Assembly: GCA_018663865.1 (NCBI GenBank) | Contig: JABJPM010000031.1 | Coordinates: 1-46,943, forward strand | Source: Candidatus Woesearchaeota archaeon | Lineage (GTDB): Archaea; Nanobdellota; Nanobdellia; SCGC-AAA011-G17; PNOQ01 | DNA: 46,943 nucleotides | Direction: 5' to 3' | In this document: positions 34,816-44,022 of the stretch, one piece after another | Layout of the letters: the number at the start of each line of letters is the position of its first letter | Numbering within the stretch: the stretch's first letter is position 1 | Program-made: the position numbers and the translations under genes | The notes under the pieces: generated by a model | Told to the model about the DNA's origin: nothing | What the model saw: the letters and a program-made list of their open reading frames with translations, nothing else | The model's database searches: none

Positions 34816-36741
34816 TTAATATCTTTTAGGTAACCCTGTTACAGGTTTCATAATGTAGTCTCTTGGCATTTCCAAAATAGTCCCTTCTTCAAGAGTTTGG
34901 TAAGGATTATCTATCCCATTAAGATCTAGAATTTTAGCCGTGTATGATTCTACAGTCTTCAAATCTTCAGGTCTTAAATATTCAAGGCCATAATCTTGCC
35001 CTTCGAAATTTGGAATCATTGAAGGTATATACTTAACCTCTCCACTTCGAAGTATAATTTTTGCAGATTCTGCTTTTTCATATTTAGGCTCTTCAAGATT
35101 TAATTCTCTAACTTCCCTAAGTGCAACATATGTAGCTGCTAAATCGAAAACACTTTCGCCAACATTTGTTGAAACTCTAAATGATTCACCATTATCTTCG
35201 AATCTACTTTCGATTGCAAGGCTTTCATCAACAAGATTGCTCAAGTTATCGTATCTAACATTTGAAGCAAAATCTCTTGCAGCTGCTAATTCTTCTTCAG
35301 CAGCAGCAAATTCTCCCATGCTATAGAATGCATTCGCTTCATTGAAATGCCTATCTCCTATTTCTTCATATTTGGCATCAATTGCGCCCATCGCATCCGA
35401 ATAATCTAATCCAGTTTTTGAATTAGCTTCACCAATAAGGCTTAATGCCTCATTAAGATTTTCATTTTCAATCAAACTTTCAAGTTTAGTTTCATAATCT
35501 TTTACGATTGCAAAATTCAAATCATTTCTGAAATTTTGGTATGTAGTGCCAAATTTTTCTTCAGCAGATTCAATAGTTTTCAATGCTTCATCAAAATCTT
35601 TTTCTTCAATAAATAAAGAAACATCTTCAGTATAATTAGTCAAAATTGCACCACTAACTTTATCGGCAAGATCTTGATAATCTCTTCCAGTAATTTCTTG
35701 TGCAGATCTAACTACTTCTTCCGCATTTTCAAAAGATTTAGTTTCAATTGAATAATCAACTTCATTTCTATAAATAACATCTAAACTGTCCAATGCTTCA
35801 GTTTTGAATAATTCGAATTGATTAGCATTAAAATTTTCTTTATTTTCATCAATTAACTTTTCCAATACCGATTCATATTTGCTATCTTCCATCAAATTTT
35901 GAATGTCTGAAGTGAAAATACCAATTTTTGCTTCATTGATTTGATCAGGAATTGTATTTCCAAAATCATTATCAAACTCATTCAATTTTTTGAAAGCACC
36001 AGGATAATTTTTCTGGGAAACTAATCCATCAATTTCAGAAGTGTATCCATCAACAATAGTTTGCACTTTAGAAATTTCTTTATCATTTGCAGGTATTTTA
36101 ACAAATTGACCAATTTCCAGATTTTTTATTGATTTTCCTTCATCTCTTAATTCAGCAGCAATGCCTCTCCAAAGGACAACCATTTCTTGCCCATCTTTAG
36201 TAGTTGCATCGTGACTTGGAGTTCTACCATGTCTATACTCGAACACTTTTGAAGCTACATCCCATACATCATCTCCAAATTTAGCAGTATAACCAATTGT
36301 ATCATCCGCAAGGTTTGCATTCCCAAACTGAGAATTAAATGATTCTTTTTCAGCATTAACTTCATTTGCTTCCAATTTAGAATTTAATTTTCTTTCTAAG
36401 CTTCCACACTGTTTTCCACTTCTAACAGCTTCAGCTTCAGAAATAGTATCTGCCGCAATAGCCAAATCACCATCATTAAGATATTTTTCAGCGTCAGCTT
36501 TAAGTAATTCCTCATTCTCGATCAACATTTTTTTAGCATTAAGGTCATTTTGCATAATCTGCTCTTGTTGAATTTCAATATTTTTCTGTTCAAAATGATC
36601 TTTAGTTTCGATTCCGCCATATCCAAGGGATGCAGCCAATCCAAGTGCCAAGATTCCTCTCTTAATTGGTTTTCCATGTTTAGAAATAAGATTTATTCCC
36701 TTATTGATAACCGTTTCATGTTCATTTTTTGTATATTTCAT
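34816..36741 (-). CDS. Large acidic membrane-anchored protein with two LysM-like domains and helical repeats
   Basis: N-terminal TM; YTAKFGDDVWDVA...LEIGQFVKIP; GESVFDLA...ILDLNGIDNPYQTLEEGTILEMP; three 46-aa repeats; SD GGAGG. Confidence 0.7.
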   Translation of the reverse strand: MKYTKNEHETVINKGINLISKHGKPIKRGILALGLAASLGYGGIETKDHFEQKNIEIQQEQIMQNDLNAKKMLIENEELLKADAEKYLNDGDLAIAADTISEAEAVRSGKQCGSLERKLNSKLEANEVNAEKESFNSQFGNANLADDTIGYTAKFGDDVWDVASKVFEYRHGRTPSHDATTKDGQEMVVLWRGIAAELRDEGKSIKNLEIGQFVKIPANDKEISKVQTIVDGYTSEIDGLVSQKNYPGAFKKLNEFDNDFGNTIPDQINEAKIGIFTSDIQNLMEDSKYESVLEKLIDENKENFNANQFELFKTEALDSLDVIYRNEVDYSIETKSFENAEEVVRSAQEITGRDYQDLADKVSGAILTNYTEDVSLFIEEKDFDEALKTIESAEEKFGTTYQNFRNDLNFAIVKDYETKLESLIENENLNEALSLIGEANSKTGLDYSDAMGAIDAKYEEIGDRHFNEANAFYSMGEFAAAEEELAAARDFASNVRYDNLSNLVDESLAIESRFEDNGESFRVSTNVGESVFDLAATYVALREVRELNLEEPKYEKAESAKIILRSGEVKYIPSMIPNFEGQDYGLEYLRPEDLKTVESYTAKILDLNGIDNPYQTLEEGTILEMPRDYIMKPVTGLPKRY

Positions 36742-36943
36742 TTATTTTCCTCCAGTATAATCATTATAAGTTACTACTTCTAAATTATAACCAACTTATA
36801 AATGTTTCTATTGAAAAAAAGCATATTTATGGCAAATTCTTCAAAGAATACCACCCATACTATCAAAATTCATAAAATATGCAATTATCTAGTGGTAACA
36901 AATAGAAAGCTTTAAAAAGAATAAATATCAAATAAATACTAAA

Positions 36944-37408
36944 ATGGACGATTATAATTCAAGATTAGAAGAAATAACTTCATTATTGGACAAAAGGGTA
37001 GACGATGCGAATACTGATCCAACATACAATCACCCAATACTGAGTGAAGATGAAAATTATTTGCCAGTAAGGAAAAATAAATCTTGGCCATCTGAATTCG
37101 GAAGTGATAGTTATAGTTGGAGAATGATAATTGAACCTGGAACAATAAAATCCTCAGCAATGATAAATTTAAATTATTCTCCGAACCCCCTGAAATCAAT
37201 GGATGAAAATACCGAAAGCATGAATGAATATTGGGGATTTGATAATCCTGATTTGAATCTTAATAAAGGAGTATTCATGACAAAAATGGTCAAAGAGGGA
37301 GAATACCAAACAATAGTTACCAACAGTTTACAGGAGATATTAGAAAATATTGATTATTGTTTTGATAAATTAGCAAAATCAAGAACACAAGATTTTGAAG
37401 AATTTTAA
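36944..37408 (+). CDS. Hypothetical protein
   Basis: 154-aa acidic ORF with upstream GAAAGCTTTAAAAA promoter motif. Confidence 0.6.
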   Translation: MDDYNSRLEEITSLLDKRVDDANTDPTYNHPILSEDENYLPVRKNKSWPSEFGSDSYSWRMIIEPGTIKSSAMINLNYSPNPLKSMDENTESMNEYWGFDNPDLNLNKGVFMTKMVKEGEYQTIVTNSLQEILENIDYCFDKLAKSRTQDFEEF

Positions 37409-37460
37409 ACGAATTTAAAGTTAAAATAAACTTTATAAACAAATATTATTGACAAAAACT

Positions 37461-38048
37461 ATGGATGAAAATACATTTATGCTGGTCTCAATGAAGGATT
37501 CGAAATCTGTAGCTGATGCGCTATCTAACAAAACAGCTCAAAAAATACTGAAGTATTTAACAGAAAATAAAGAATCAACAGAATCAGAATTGGCAGAAAA
37601 ATTAGAAATCCCATTGCCAACAGTACATTATAATATAAAACAATTAAGAAATGCCAAATTAATAAAATCAAAAGAATTCTTTTGGAGTAAAAAGGGGAAA
37701 AAGATGAAGATATTCACCATAGCAAAAAAATTTATAATAATTTCTCCGGATTCTTCGGAAAGGACTCTATCGAAACTGAAAAATATTCTCCCAGTAACAT
37801 TATTGAGTTTCATTGGAGCAGGGGCAATACATTTTTATCAGACTTCAAAACAGGGAGCAATGGATATTATTGCAAGCGATATTCCTGCAATGAAGATAGT
37901 TCCAATGGCAGGCAAATCTGCAGCATCTGAATGCGTAGCCCCAATTACTCAAGAACCAAATTTAGCATTATGGTTTTTAGCGGGAGCTTTAATTGCAATA
38001 GGTGCTGGATCATTATTCGCCATAGCGAATAACTTTAAACAAAAATAA
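37461..38048 (+). CDS. ArsR-like wHTH regulator with two C-terminal TM segments
   Basis: ADALSNKTAQKIL, ELAEKLEIPLPTVHYNIKQLRNAKLI; TATA at about 37432. Confidence 0.85.
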   Translation: MDENTFMLVSMKDSKSVADALSNKTAQKILKYLTENKESTESELAEKLEIPLPTVHYNIKQLRNAKLIKSKEFFWSKKGKKMKIFTIAKKFIIISPDSSERTLSKLKNILPVTLLSFIGAGAIHFYQTSKQGAMDIIASDIPAMKIVPMAGKSAASECVAPITQEPNLALWFLAGALIAIGAGSLFAIANNFKQK

Positions 38049-38070
38049 AAAAAAGAAAATAATTATTTAT

Positions 38071-38550
38071 TTACATAACATGATCTTCATGTGAAGTTTT
38101 ATAATTAAATAATTCTTCAACAGAGAACCATAATGCTACCTCTTCTTTTGCTTCTTCCGAAGTTCCAGATGCATGGATTAAATTTTCAGTAGCTTTCCCC
38201 TTTTCATCAGAATAATCATTTGCCGTATGTGCGAAATCTCCCCTTATACTTCCAACTTCTGCATTTTTAGGTTCTGTACTTCCGACAATTTTCCTAACTA
38301 CTTCTACTGCATGTACACCCTCTACTGCCATAGCAACCACTGGGCCAGAAGTAATGAATGTTTCTAATCCAGAATAAAATCCTTTCTCCACATGGGCAGC
38401 ATAATGTTTTTTAGAAAAATCAGGGTCAACTTGAACCATTTTAATTCCAACAATTTTTAATCCACGTCTTTCGAATCGCGAAATAACTTCTCCAACCAAT
38501 CCCCTCTTAACGCCATCAGGCTTAACCAATATTAATGTTTTTTCTATCAT
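38071..38550 (-). CDS. ndk: Nucleoside diphosphate kinase
   Basis: VKPDGVKRGLVGEVI, SGPVVAM, RGDF, NLIHAS. Confidence 0.98.
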   Translation of the reverse strand: MIEKTLILVKPDGVKRGLVGEVISRFERRGLKIVGIKMVQVDPDFSKKHYAAHVEKGFYSGLETFITSGPVVAMAVEGVHAVEVVRKIVGSTEPKNAEVGSIRGDFAHTANDYSDEKGKATENLIHASGTSEEAKEEVALWFSVEELFNYKTSHEDHVM

Positions 38551-38615
38551 TTTAAAATTTAGTTCAATAAGGAATATATAAAATTATTTGTTTTAATAAA
38601 AAATAAAAAAAGAAA

Positions 38616-38786
38616 TTATTCTTCTTTTTGTTTAGTCCACTTGAATTTAATTGGATTTCTTTTCAATTTAAGCATATTTTTTTCACACTTCATAGTGCAA
38701 AAATTCAAAACTCTTCCAGTTTTTTGGACATACATTTTCCCTGTACCAGGTTCAATATCTTTTGTACAAAATGAACATTTAGCCAT
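38616..38786 (-). CDS. rpl24e: 50S ribosomal protein L24e (not in ORF track)
   Basis: [56 protein letters not shown]. Confidence 0.96.
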   Translation of the reverse strand: MAKCSFCTKDIEPGTGKMYVQKTGRVLNFCTMKCEKNMLKLKRNPIKFKWTKQKEE

Positions 38787-38787
38787 T

Positions 38788-39063
38788 TTATCCTCGTCCG
38801 CCCTTAGAAGATATCTTTCTAGCTTCTATTTCAGTTTCTCTAAGCATAAGCAAATCACCAATTTTTACGGGACCCTTCACATTCCTTCTAAGAATTTTAT
38901 TTTGATCTCTGCCTTCAAGGACCTTACACCTAACTTGTGTAGCTTCTCCCCTCATTCCAGTTTTACCAACTATCTCTTCAACAGATGCTGGAACAGCAAT
39001 AGTAAATAATGAAGCGGATTTCCCCTTCTTATTAACCTTAGAATTTTTTTTGATTGGTGCCAT
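38788..39063 (-). CDS. rps28e: 30S ribosomal protein S28e (basic N-terminal extension)
   Basis: [41 protein letters not shown]. Confidence 0.96.
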   Translation of the reverse strand: MAPIKKNSKVNKKGKSASLFTIAVPASVEEIVGKTGMRGEATQVRCKVLEGRDQNKILRRNVKGPVKIGDLLMLRETEIEARKISSKGGRG

Positions 39064-39067
39064 CTTT

Positions 39068-39394
39068 TTATGATAATTCCTTAATTATGTTTTTCGATTC
39101 TCCTTCCTTTACTACTGCAACAGAAGCTGTACCCACTCTCAAACCTGCCGCCGCACCCAAATCTTCTTTTACGGGAACTGCGATATAAGGTATATTTTTT
39201 TCCTTACATAATGGTTCTAAATGCATTACAATTTCTTTAGGAGAAACATCTTCAGCGATAACAACCAACTTTGCCGTGCCTTTCTCTATAACTTTAGTTA
39301 CTTCGTTAGCACCCTTCTTAATCTTACCAGTTTTTTTTGCTAATTCAATAGCTTCATAAGCTTTTGATATTTTTTCTTTTGATACTTCAGCCAT
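39068..39394 (-). CDS. rpl7ae: 50S ribosomal protein L7Ae
   Basis: [38 protein letters not shown]. Confidence 0.97.
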   Translation of the reverse strand: MAEVSKEKISKAYEAIELAKKTGKIKKGANEVTKVIEKGTAKLVVIAEDVSPKEIVMHLEPLCKEKNIPYIAVPVKEDLGAAAGLRVGTASVAVVKEGESKNIIKELS

Positions 39395-39523
39395 TTCTAA
39401 ACCCTCCTATAATTAGGTTACCATTTGTGAAAAACAACAGTTTATAAAACTTTCCCTAGAAATTGGATTATTCAATTATTTAAAAACAAAACGTTTAAAA
39501 ACTGAAAATTGAAACTAATTTTA

Positions 39524-41104
39524 ATGGCAAAAGATATCCACTGGGCTGACAAAGCCGCAGAAAACTTAATACATAGAAATCCAAAAAAGAAATTATTCAC
39601 TTTGGCAGCAGGAATTTCACCGAGCGGCACAATTCATATTGGCAATTTCAGAGATTTGATTACAGCAGAATCAGTATCAAGGGCATTAAAAGATAAAGGG
39701 AAAAAAGTAAGATTCATATTCTCGTGGGACGATTATGACAGATTAAGGAAAATTCCAAAAAATGTTTCAGATGATTTCGAAAAACATATGGGCATGCCAT
39801 ATTCAAAAATCCCGAACCCATTTGGCAAAACTGGGACTTATGCATCACATTTCGAAAAAGAATTAGAAAAGGATATACCGTCATTGGGCGTAAATCCAGA
39901 ATTTATATACCAAACGAAAATGTATTCTGCTGGAAAATATAAAGATGGAATTATTGAGGCAATGGGGAAAAGAAAAGAAATCGCATCAATTCTCGCAGAA
40001 TTTAGAACCCAAGGATTTACAGAGGAAGAGATCGAAAATTATTATCCATTGGAGATTTATTGCGAAAATTGCGGAAAAGATTTTACTAAAATAAAATCAT
40101 ATGATGAGGATACTACAGAAATAGAATACTCTTGTAAGTGTGGTCATGAAAATAAAGTAAATTTAAAAGAAAAAAATATCGGAAAACTCCAATGGAAAGT
40201 AGATTGGGCAATGAGGTGGAGATATGAAGATGTCTGTTATGAGCCAGGCGGGAAGGACCATTCTGCCCCTCAAGGAAGTTATCAAGTAGCTAGAAGAATA
40301 TCAAAAGATGTATTTGATTTTGAACCGCCAATGTATCAACCTTATGATTTTATTGGATTGAGGGGACTATCATCTAAAATATCTGGTTCAACTGGAACAA
40401 ATATTAGTCCAGGTAATTTATTGAAAATTTATGAGCCCGAACTATTGAGATGGTTATTTTTGAGAACCCTGCCAACAAAAAGTTTCGATTTCTGTTTTGA
40501 TTCAGAAATAATAAGGCAATATGATGAACTGGACCGGGCATCAAAAGATTACAAGAATGATAAAATAAAAGATAGTAAGAAAAGGGCACTAGATTTATCA
40601 AAGATTGATAAGGATTTCATAAATACAGACAACATCCCATTCAGATTAATAGCCAATATTGGACAGATTACACAGGGAAATCTGAATGAAGTGAAAAGAA
40701 TATTAAAAGAAACTGAAGATAATTCAAATGAAGAATCAATAAAAAGAAGATTAATATTATCTCAAAATTGGATAGATGAATTTTCACCAGAAAATAAGAT
40801 AGAATTAGTTGAATCTGGAAATAAGGAATTTTATAATGCTTTATCAAAACATGAGCAACAAGAATTAGTAAATTTCTTTTCAAATATAAAAGACAATTGG
40901 GATCTAGAAAAATTAACAAAATTGGCTTATGAAGTTCCAAAGCAAGAGGGATTAGATGAACAACAATTGAAGAAAAGGCAAAGAGAATTTTTCAAAAATA
41001 TTTACATGTATTTGATTGGCAAAGAGACTGGCCCAAGGTTGGCAACATTCATTATATCAATCGGAAAAACTAAAATAGAAAATATTTCAAAAAATATTAT
41101 TTAG
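39524..41104 (+). CDS. lysS: Lysyl-tRNA synthetase, class I
   Basis: HWAD, GISPSGTIHIGNFR, WDDYDRLRKIP, KLQWKVDWAMRW, GGKDH, KISGS, GPRLA. Confidence 0.97.
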   Translation: MAKDIHWADKAAENLIHRNPKKKLFTLAAGISPSGTIHIGNFRDLITAESVSRALKDKGKKVRFIFSWDDYDRLRKIPKNVSDDFEKHMGMPYSKIPNPFGKTGTYASHFEKELEKDIPSLGVNPEFIYQTKMYSAGKYKDGIIEAMGKRKEIASILAEFRTQGFTEEEIENYYPLEIYCENCGKDFTKIKSYDEDTTEIEYSCKCGHENKVNLKEKNIGKLQWKVDWAMRWRYEDVCYEPGGKDHSAPQGSYQVARRISKDVFDFEPPMYQPYDFIGLRGLSSKISGSTGTNISPGNLLKIYEPELLRWLFLRTLPTKSFDFCFDSEIIRQYDELDRASKDYKNDKIKDSKKRALDLSKIDKDFINTDNIPFRLIANIGQITQGNLNEVKRILKETEDNSNEESIKRRLILSQNWIDEFSPENKIELVESGNKEFYNALSKHEQQELVNFFSNIKDNWDLEKLTKLAYEVPKQEGLDEQQLKKRQREFFKNIYMYLIGKETGPRLATFIISIGKTKIENISKNII

Positions 41105-41303
41105 AAACAATCTGAAATCTCAAACCCTTCTTAACTTTTATAAGTTTAAAATCATTTATATCATTATTTGTCGCATATGCATTTGCACTCTCTTCACTTG
41201 GAAAAGTTTTAGCGCCTTTCTTTTTAACTGGTTTACTCATAGTACCACGCTTGTGCGTACTAATGCCCAATCTTCTTTTCATTCTAGTATGTACCTTAGC
41301 CAT
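41097..41303 (-). CDS. Small basic hypothetical protein
   Basis: 68 aa, Lys/Arg-rich N-terminus, KTFPSEESANAYA. Confidence 0.65.
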   Translation of the reverse strand: MAKVHTRMKRRLGISTHKRGTMSKPVKKKGAKTFPSEESANAYATNNDINDFKLIKVKKGLRFQIVSK

Positions 41304-41419
41304 ATTAAGATTTCATAAAATTAGTTTATTTATAAAGTTAACTGAAATCAAAAGAATGAATACCTTTTTATATCCAAAATTTAACCCAAACTAATAATTT
41401 TCAAGGAGGAAATATAAAA

Positions 41420-41611
41420 ATGGTAAATGCATATTGCGTAAAATGTAAAAAAAAGGGGCAAGAGATGAAAGACCCGGCAATTAATAAGACTGCTAAAGGT
41501 GGATTCATGGCGAAAGGGGCATGCCCAGATTGTGGAACAACAATGTGTGCTATGATGTCAAAAGACAACGCAGAAAAAGCAATTGAAGAGGGAGCCAAAA
41601 AGGCTTTCTAA
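41420..41611 (+). CDS. DUF5679-like small zinc-binding protein
   Basis: AYCVKCK...KGACPDCGTTM; SD AGGAGG. Confidence 0.85.
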   Translation: MVNAYCVKCKKKGQEMKDPAINKTAKGGFMAKGACPDCGTTMCAMMSKDNAEKAIEEGAKKAF

Positions 41612-41676
41612 TTTTTTTCTTTTAACAAACTATATATATCAATAATTCTAAAATAATTACAAAGGGAGGTACACAA

Positions 41677-42051
41677 ATGACTTATACACCAATAGAGATT
41701 ATAGCAATGATTTTTCTTGTATCCGGAGTAATAAAGATGATTTATTTAATTGTCAATCCAAATGCATGGATGAATTTTGCAAATAAAATATATTCAAAAC
41801 CTAAACCATTAAAATATATATCTCTTATTTTGGCGGCAATAATTTTCTATTATTTGATCCAAGTATTCACCATGGTTGAAATTTTTGCAGTGATGGCTTT
41901 CATGGCATTAATAATTGTATTTGGAATGGCAGATCATGTAGGAAAAATACTGAAAAGTTTCAAAATAAAAAACATGTGGAAAGAGTACTGGATTTACACA
42001 TTGATATGGATTGCATTAATGGCATGGGTAATCAAAGAACTTTTCTTTTAA
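41677..42051 (+). CDS. Small membrane protein
   Basis: 124 aa, about 4 TM helices; SD GGAGGT. Confidence 0.75.
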   Translation: MTYTPIEIIAMIFLVSGVIKMIYLIVNPNAWMNFANKIYSKPKPLKYISLILAAIIFYYLIQVFTMVEIFAVMAFMALIIVFGMADHVGKILKSFKIKNMWKEYWIYTLIWIALMAWVIKELFF

Positions 42052-42062
42052 TTTTCTTTTTT

Positions 42063-43694
42063 TTATTTATGTCCAAATACAAAAATCAATTTATTCTCAA
42101 ATTTTTGATCTAATCTAACAAACCCAAATCTTTCAAATTGGACGACCGATCCAACTTTAAGTTTCTTTAATGCACTTTCTCCAAGTCCTTTTTTGACACT
42201 TCCATCACTCATCAAAACTTCGACTTTGATATTTTCAGGACTAACTGGCAACCAATGTATTAATTTTGCTTTCAAGGATTTATCCATTTCTGCAGAGTGA
42301 TATTTACCATTAATGAAATTAAATAAGTGCATAAACCGGTACAATACTCCTTTCTCAATTTTATCAGAAACATAAAAATATTGATGTGTATCAAACTTAC
42401 GTACACCCATGTTTAATTCAGGATGGGACGGGGCCTCAATTTCAAGATCAGGACTATCTGCAATCATCATTTTTTGAGGGTTTTCTACAAAGAAATACCG
42501 TTTAGTTTTTCCATCAATAAACTCCCTATTAAATGATGCCAATGTTTCAAATGAAACATTTATATCAGTTTTTTTAATTCCGACATCATACATAAATTTA
42601 CGAATTGCTTCAGGACAAAAACCCCTTCTTCGCAAAGCACGGATTGTACCCAATGATGGATCATCCCATCCACTGACCTTCCCCTCATTAATCAATTTAA
42701 CCGTCTCAGAAGTACTCTTTATTCCAGAAACCAATAATTTACCATGATACATTGTTTCAGGATATTTCCAGCCGAAATAACTGTATAAATATTTTTGACG
42801 ATCATCCGAAACTTGTAAATCAATCCCCCTAACAATATGAGTAACTTTAAAATCATGATCATCAATTGCAGACGCAAAATTTAATAGTGGCCACACAACA
42901 GATTTAGAATCAAGTGGGTGTTTATTTTCGGAAACAATTCTAAATGCTGCCCAATCCCTAAGTGCAGGATTTGGTGCATTTATATCCGTTTTAATCCGGA
43001 GTACCGCCTCACCAGCTTTGTAGGTTCCATCAAACATCCATTTCCATCGATCCGTTTGATATTTATCTACACAAGGACACTTAATGCTTTTATGCAATAA
43101 CTCTCTTTTTTTCTCAGAATTGCAAGTACAAACATATGCACCGCCAATATTGATTAACTCTTGGGCATATTTATAATATTTTTTTAAACGTTTGGATTGT
43201 ATGATAATTTTACTTGGTTTTATTCCAAGCCATTTCAAATCATCCTTAAACCAACTGTAAGCCTCTTTTATTGGAGGTTTAACTTGCGGATCAGTATCAT
43301 CAAACCTCAATAGATATTTACCAGTATAATGGCCTTTAATGAACCAATTCCATAATGCCGGCCTGCAATGGCCAAATGAAATTGCACCATTTGGATTTGG
43401 TGCAAATCTAACAACAACATTTTTTGAATTTTTCAATTCGGGCATTTTATCCTTTTCAATCTTTTCAGGTTTTTCTATTGCCCCATATTCTCGTAATAAT
43501 TTTTTTTGTTCTTCAAGATCCATAGCATTTACCTTGTCAACAATTTTTTTTATTTCAGGAGTTAATTCTTTAGCTTTACTTCTAAGTTCTGGATGTAGGC
43601 CCATCAAAGCTCCAATAACGCTCCCAAGATTTGCTTTACCATTATAATTAACGGCATTGTCAATTACAAATCTTTCAATTTCATATATGTTCAT
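42063..43694 (-). CDS. gltX: Glutamyl-tRNA synthetase (archaeal type)
   Basis: RFAPNPNG, LRFDDTDP, LRDW, RGIDL, GTIRALRRRG, QFERFGF; start moved to ATG 43694. Confidence 0.96.
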   Translation of the reverse strand: MNIYEIERFVIDNAVNYNGKANLGSVIGALMGLHPELRSKAKELTPEIKKIVDKVNAMDLEEQKKLLREYGAIEKPEKIEKDKMPELKNSKNVVVRFAPNPNGAISFGHCRPALWNWFIKGHYTGKYLLRFDDTDPQVKPPIKEAYSWFKDDLKWLGIKPSKIIIQSKRLKKYYKYAQELINIGGAYVCTCNSEKKRELLHKSIKCPCVDKYQTDRWKWMFDGTYKAGEAVLRIKTDINAPNPALRDWAAFRIVSENKHPLDSKSVVWPLLNFASAIDDHDFKVTHIVRGIDLQVSDDRQKYLYSYFGWKYPETMYHGKLLVSGIKSTSETVKLINEGKVSGWDDPSLGTIRALRRRGFCPEAIRKFMYDVGIKKTDINVSFETLASFNREFIDGKTKRYFFVENPQKMMIADSPDLEIEAPSHPELNMGVRKFDTHQYFYVSDKIEKGVLYRFMHLFNFINGKYHSAEMDKSLKAKLIHWLPVSPENIKVEVLMSDGSVKKGLGESALKKLKVGSVVQFERFGFVRLDQKFENKLIFVFGHK

Positions 43695-43773
43695 AAGAAA
43701 TCTAATCAAGTAATAATTTATAAACTTTATCCAAATACAAAACATTTAAAAGAAGATTACAATCAAAAATAAT

Positions 43774-44022
43774 ATGGTAAAATTTAAATTTATTTATGAT
43801 ATGGAAAATTGTATAGGGTGCAGTTCTTGTGCAGCATTAGATTCAAAAAATTGGAAAATGCAGCCAAATGGAAAATCAAGTTTGAAAGATTCTAAGGAAA
43901 TAGATGCAGAATTATTTGAAAAAGAGTTTCCAGAAGAAAATTTAGATAAAAATTTAGAAACTGCAAGATCTTGCCCAGTAAATGTTATCCACATTCATAA
44001 AGATAAAAATAAAATAATATGA
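43774..44022 (+). CDS. Monocluster ferredoxin
   Basis: CIGCSSC...CPVNVI. Confidence 0.9.
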   Translation: MVKFKFIYDMENCIGCSSCAALDSKNWKMQPNGKSSLKDSKEIDAELFEKEFPEENLDKNLETARSCPVNVIHIHKDKNKII

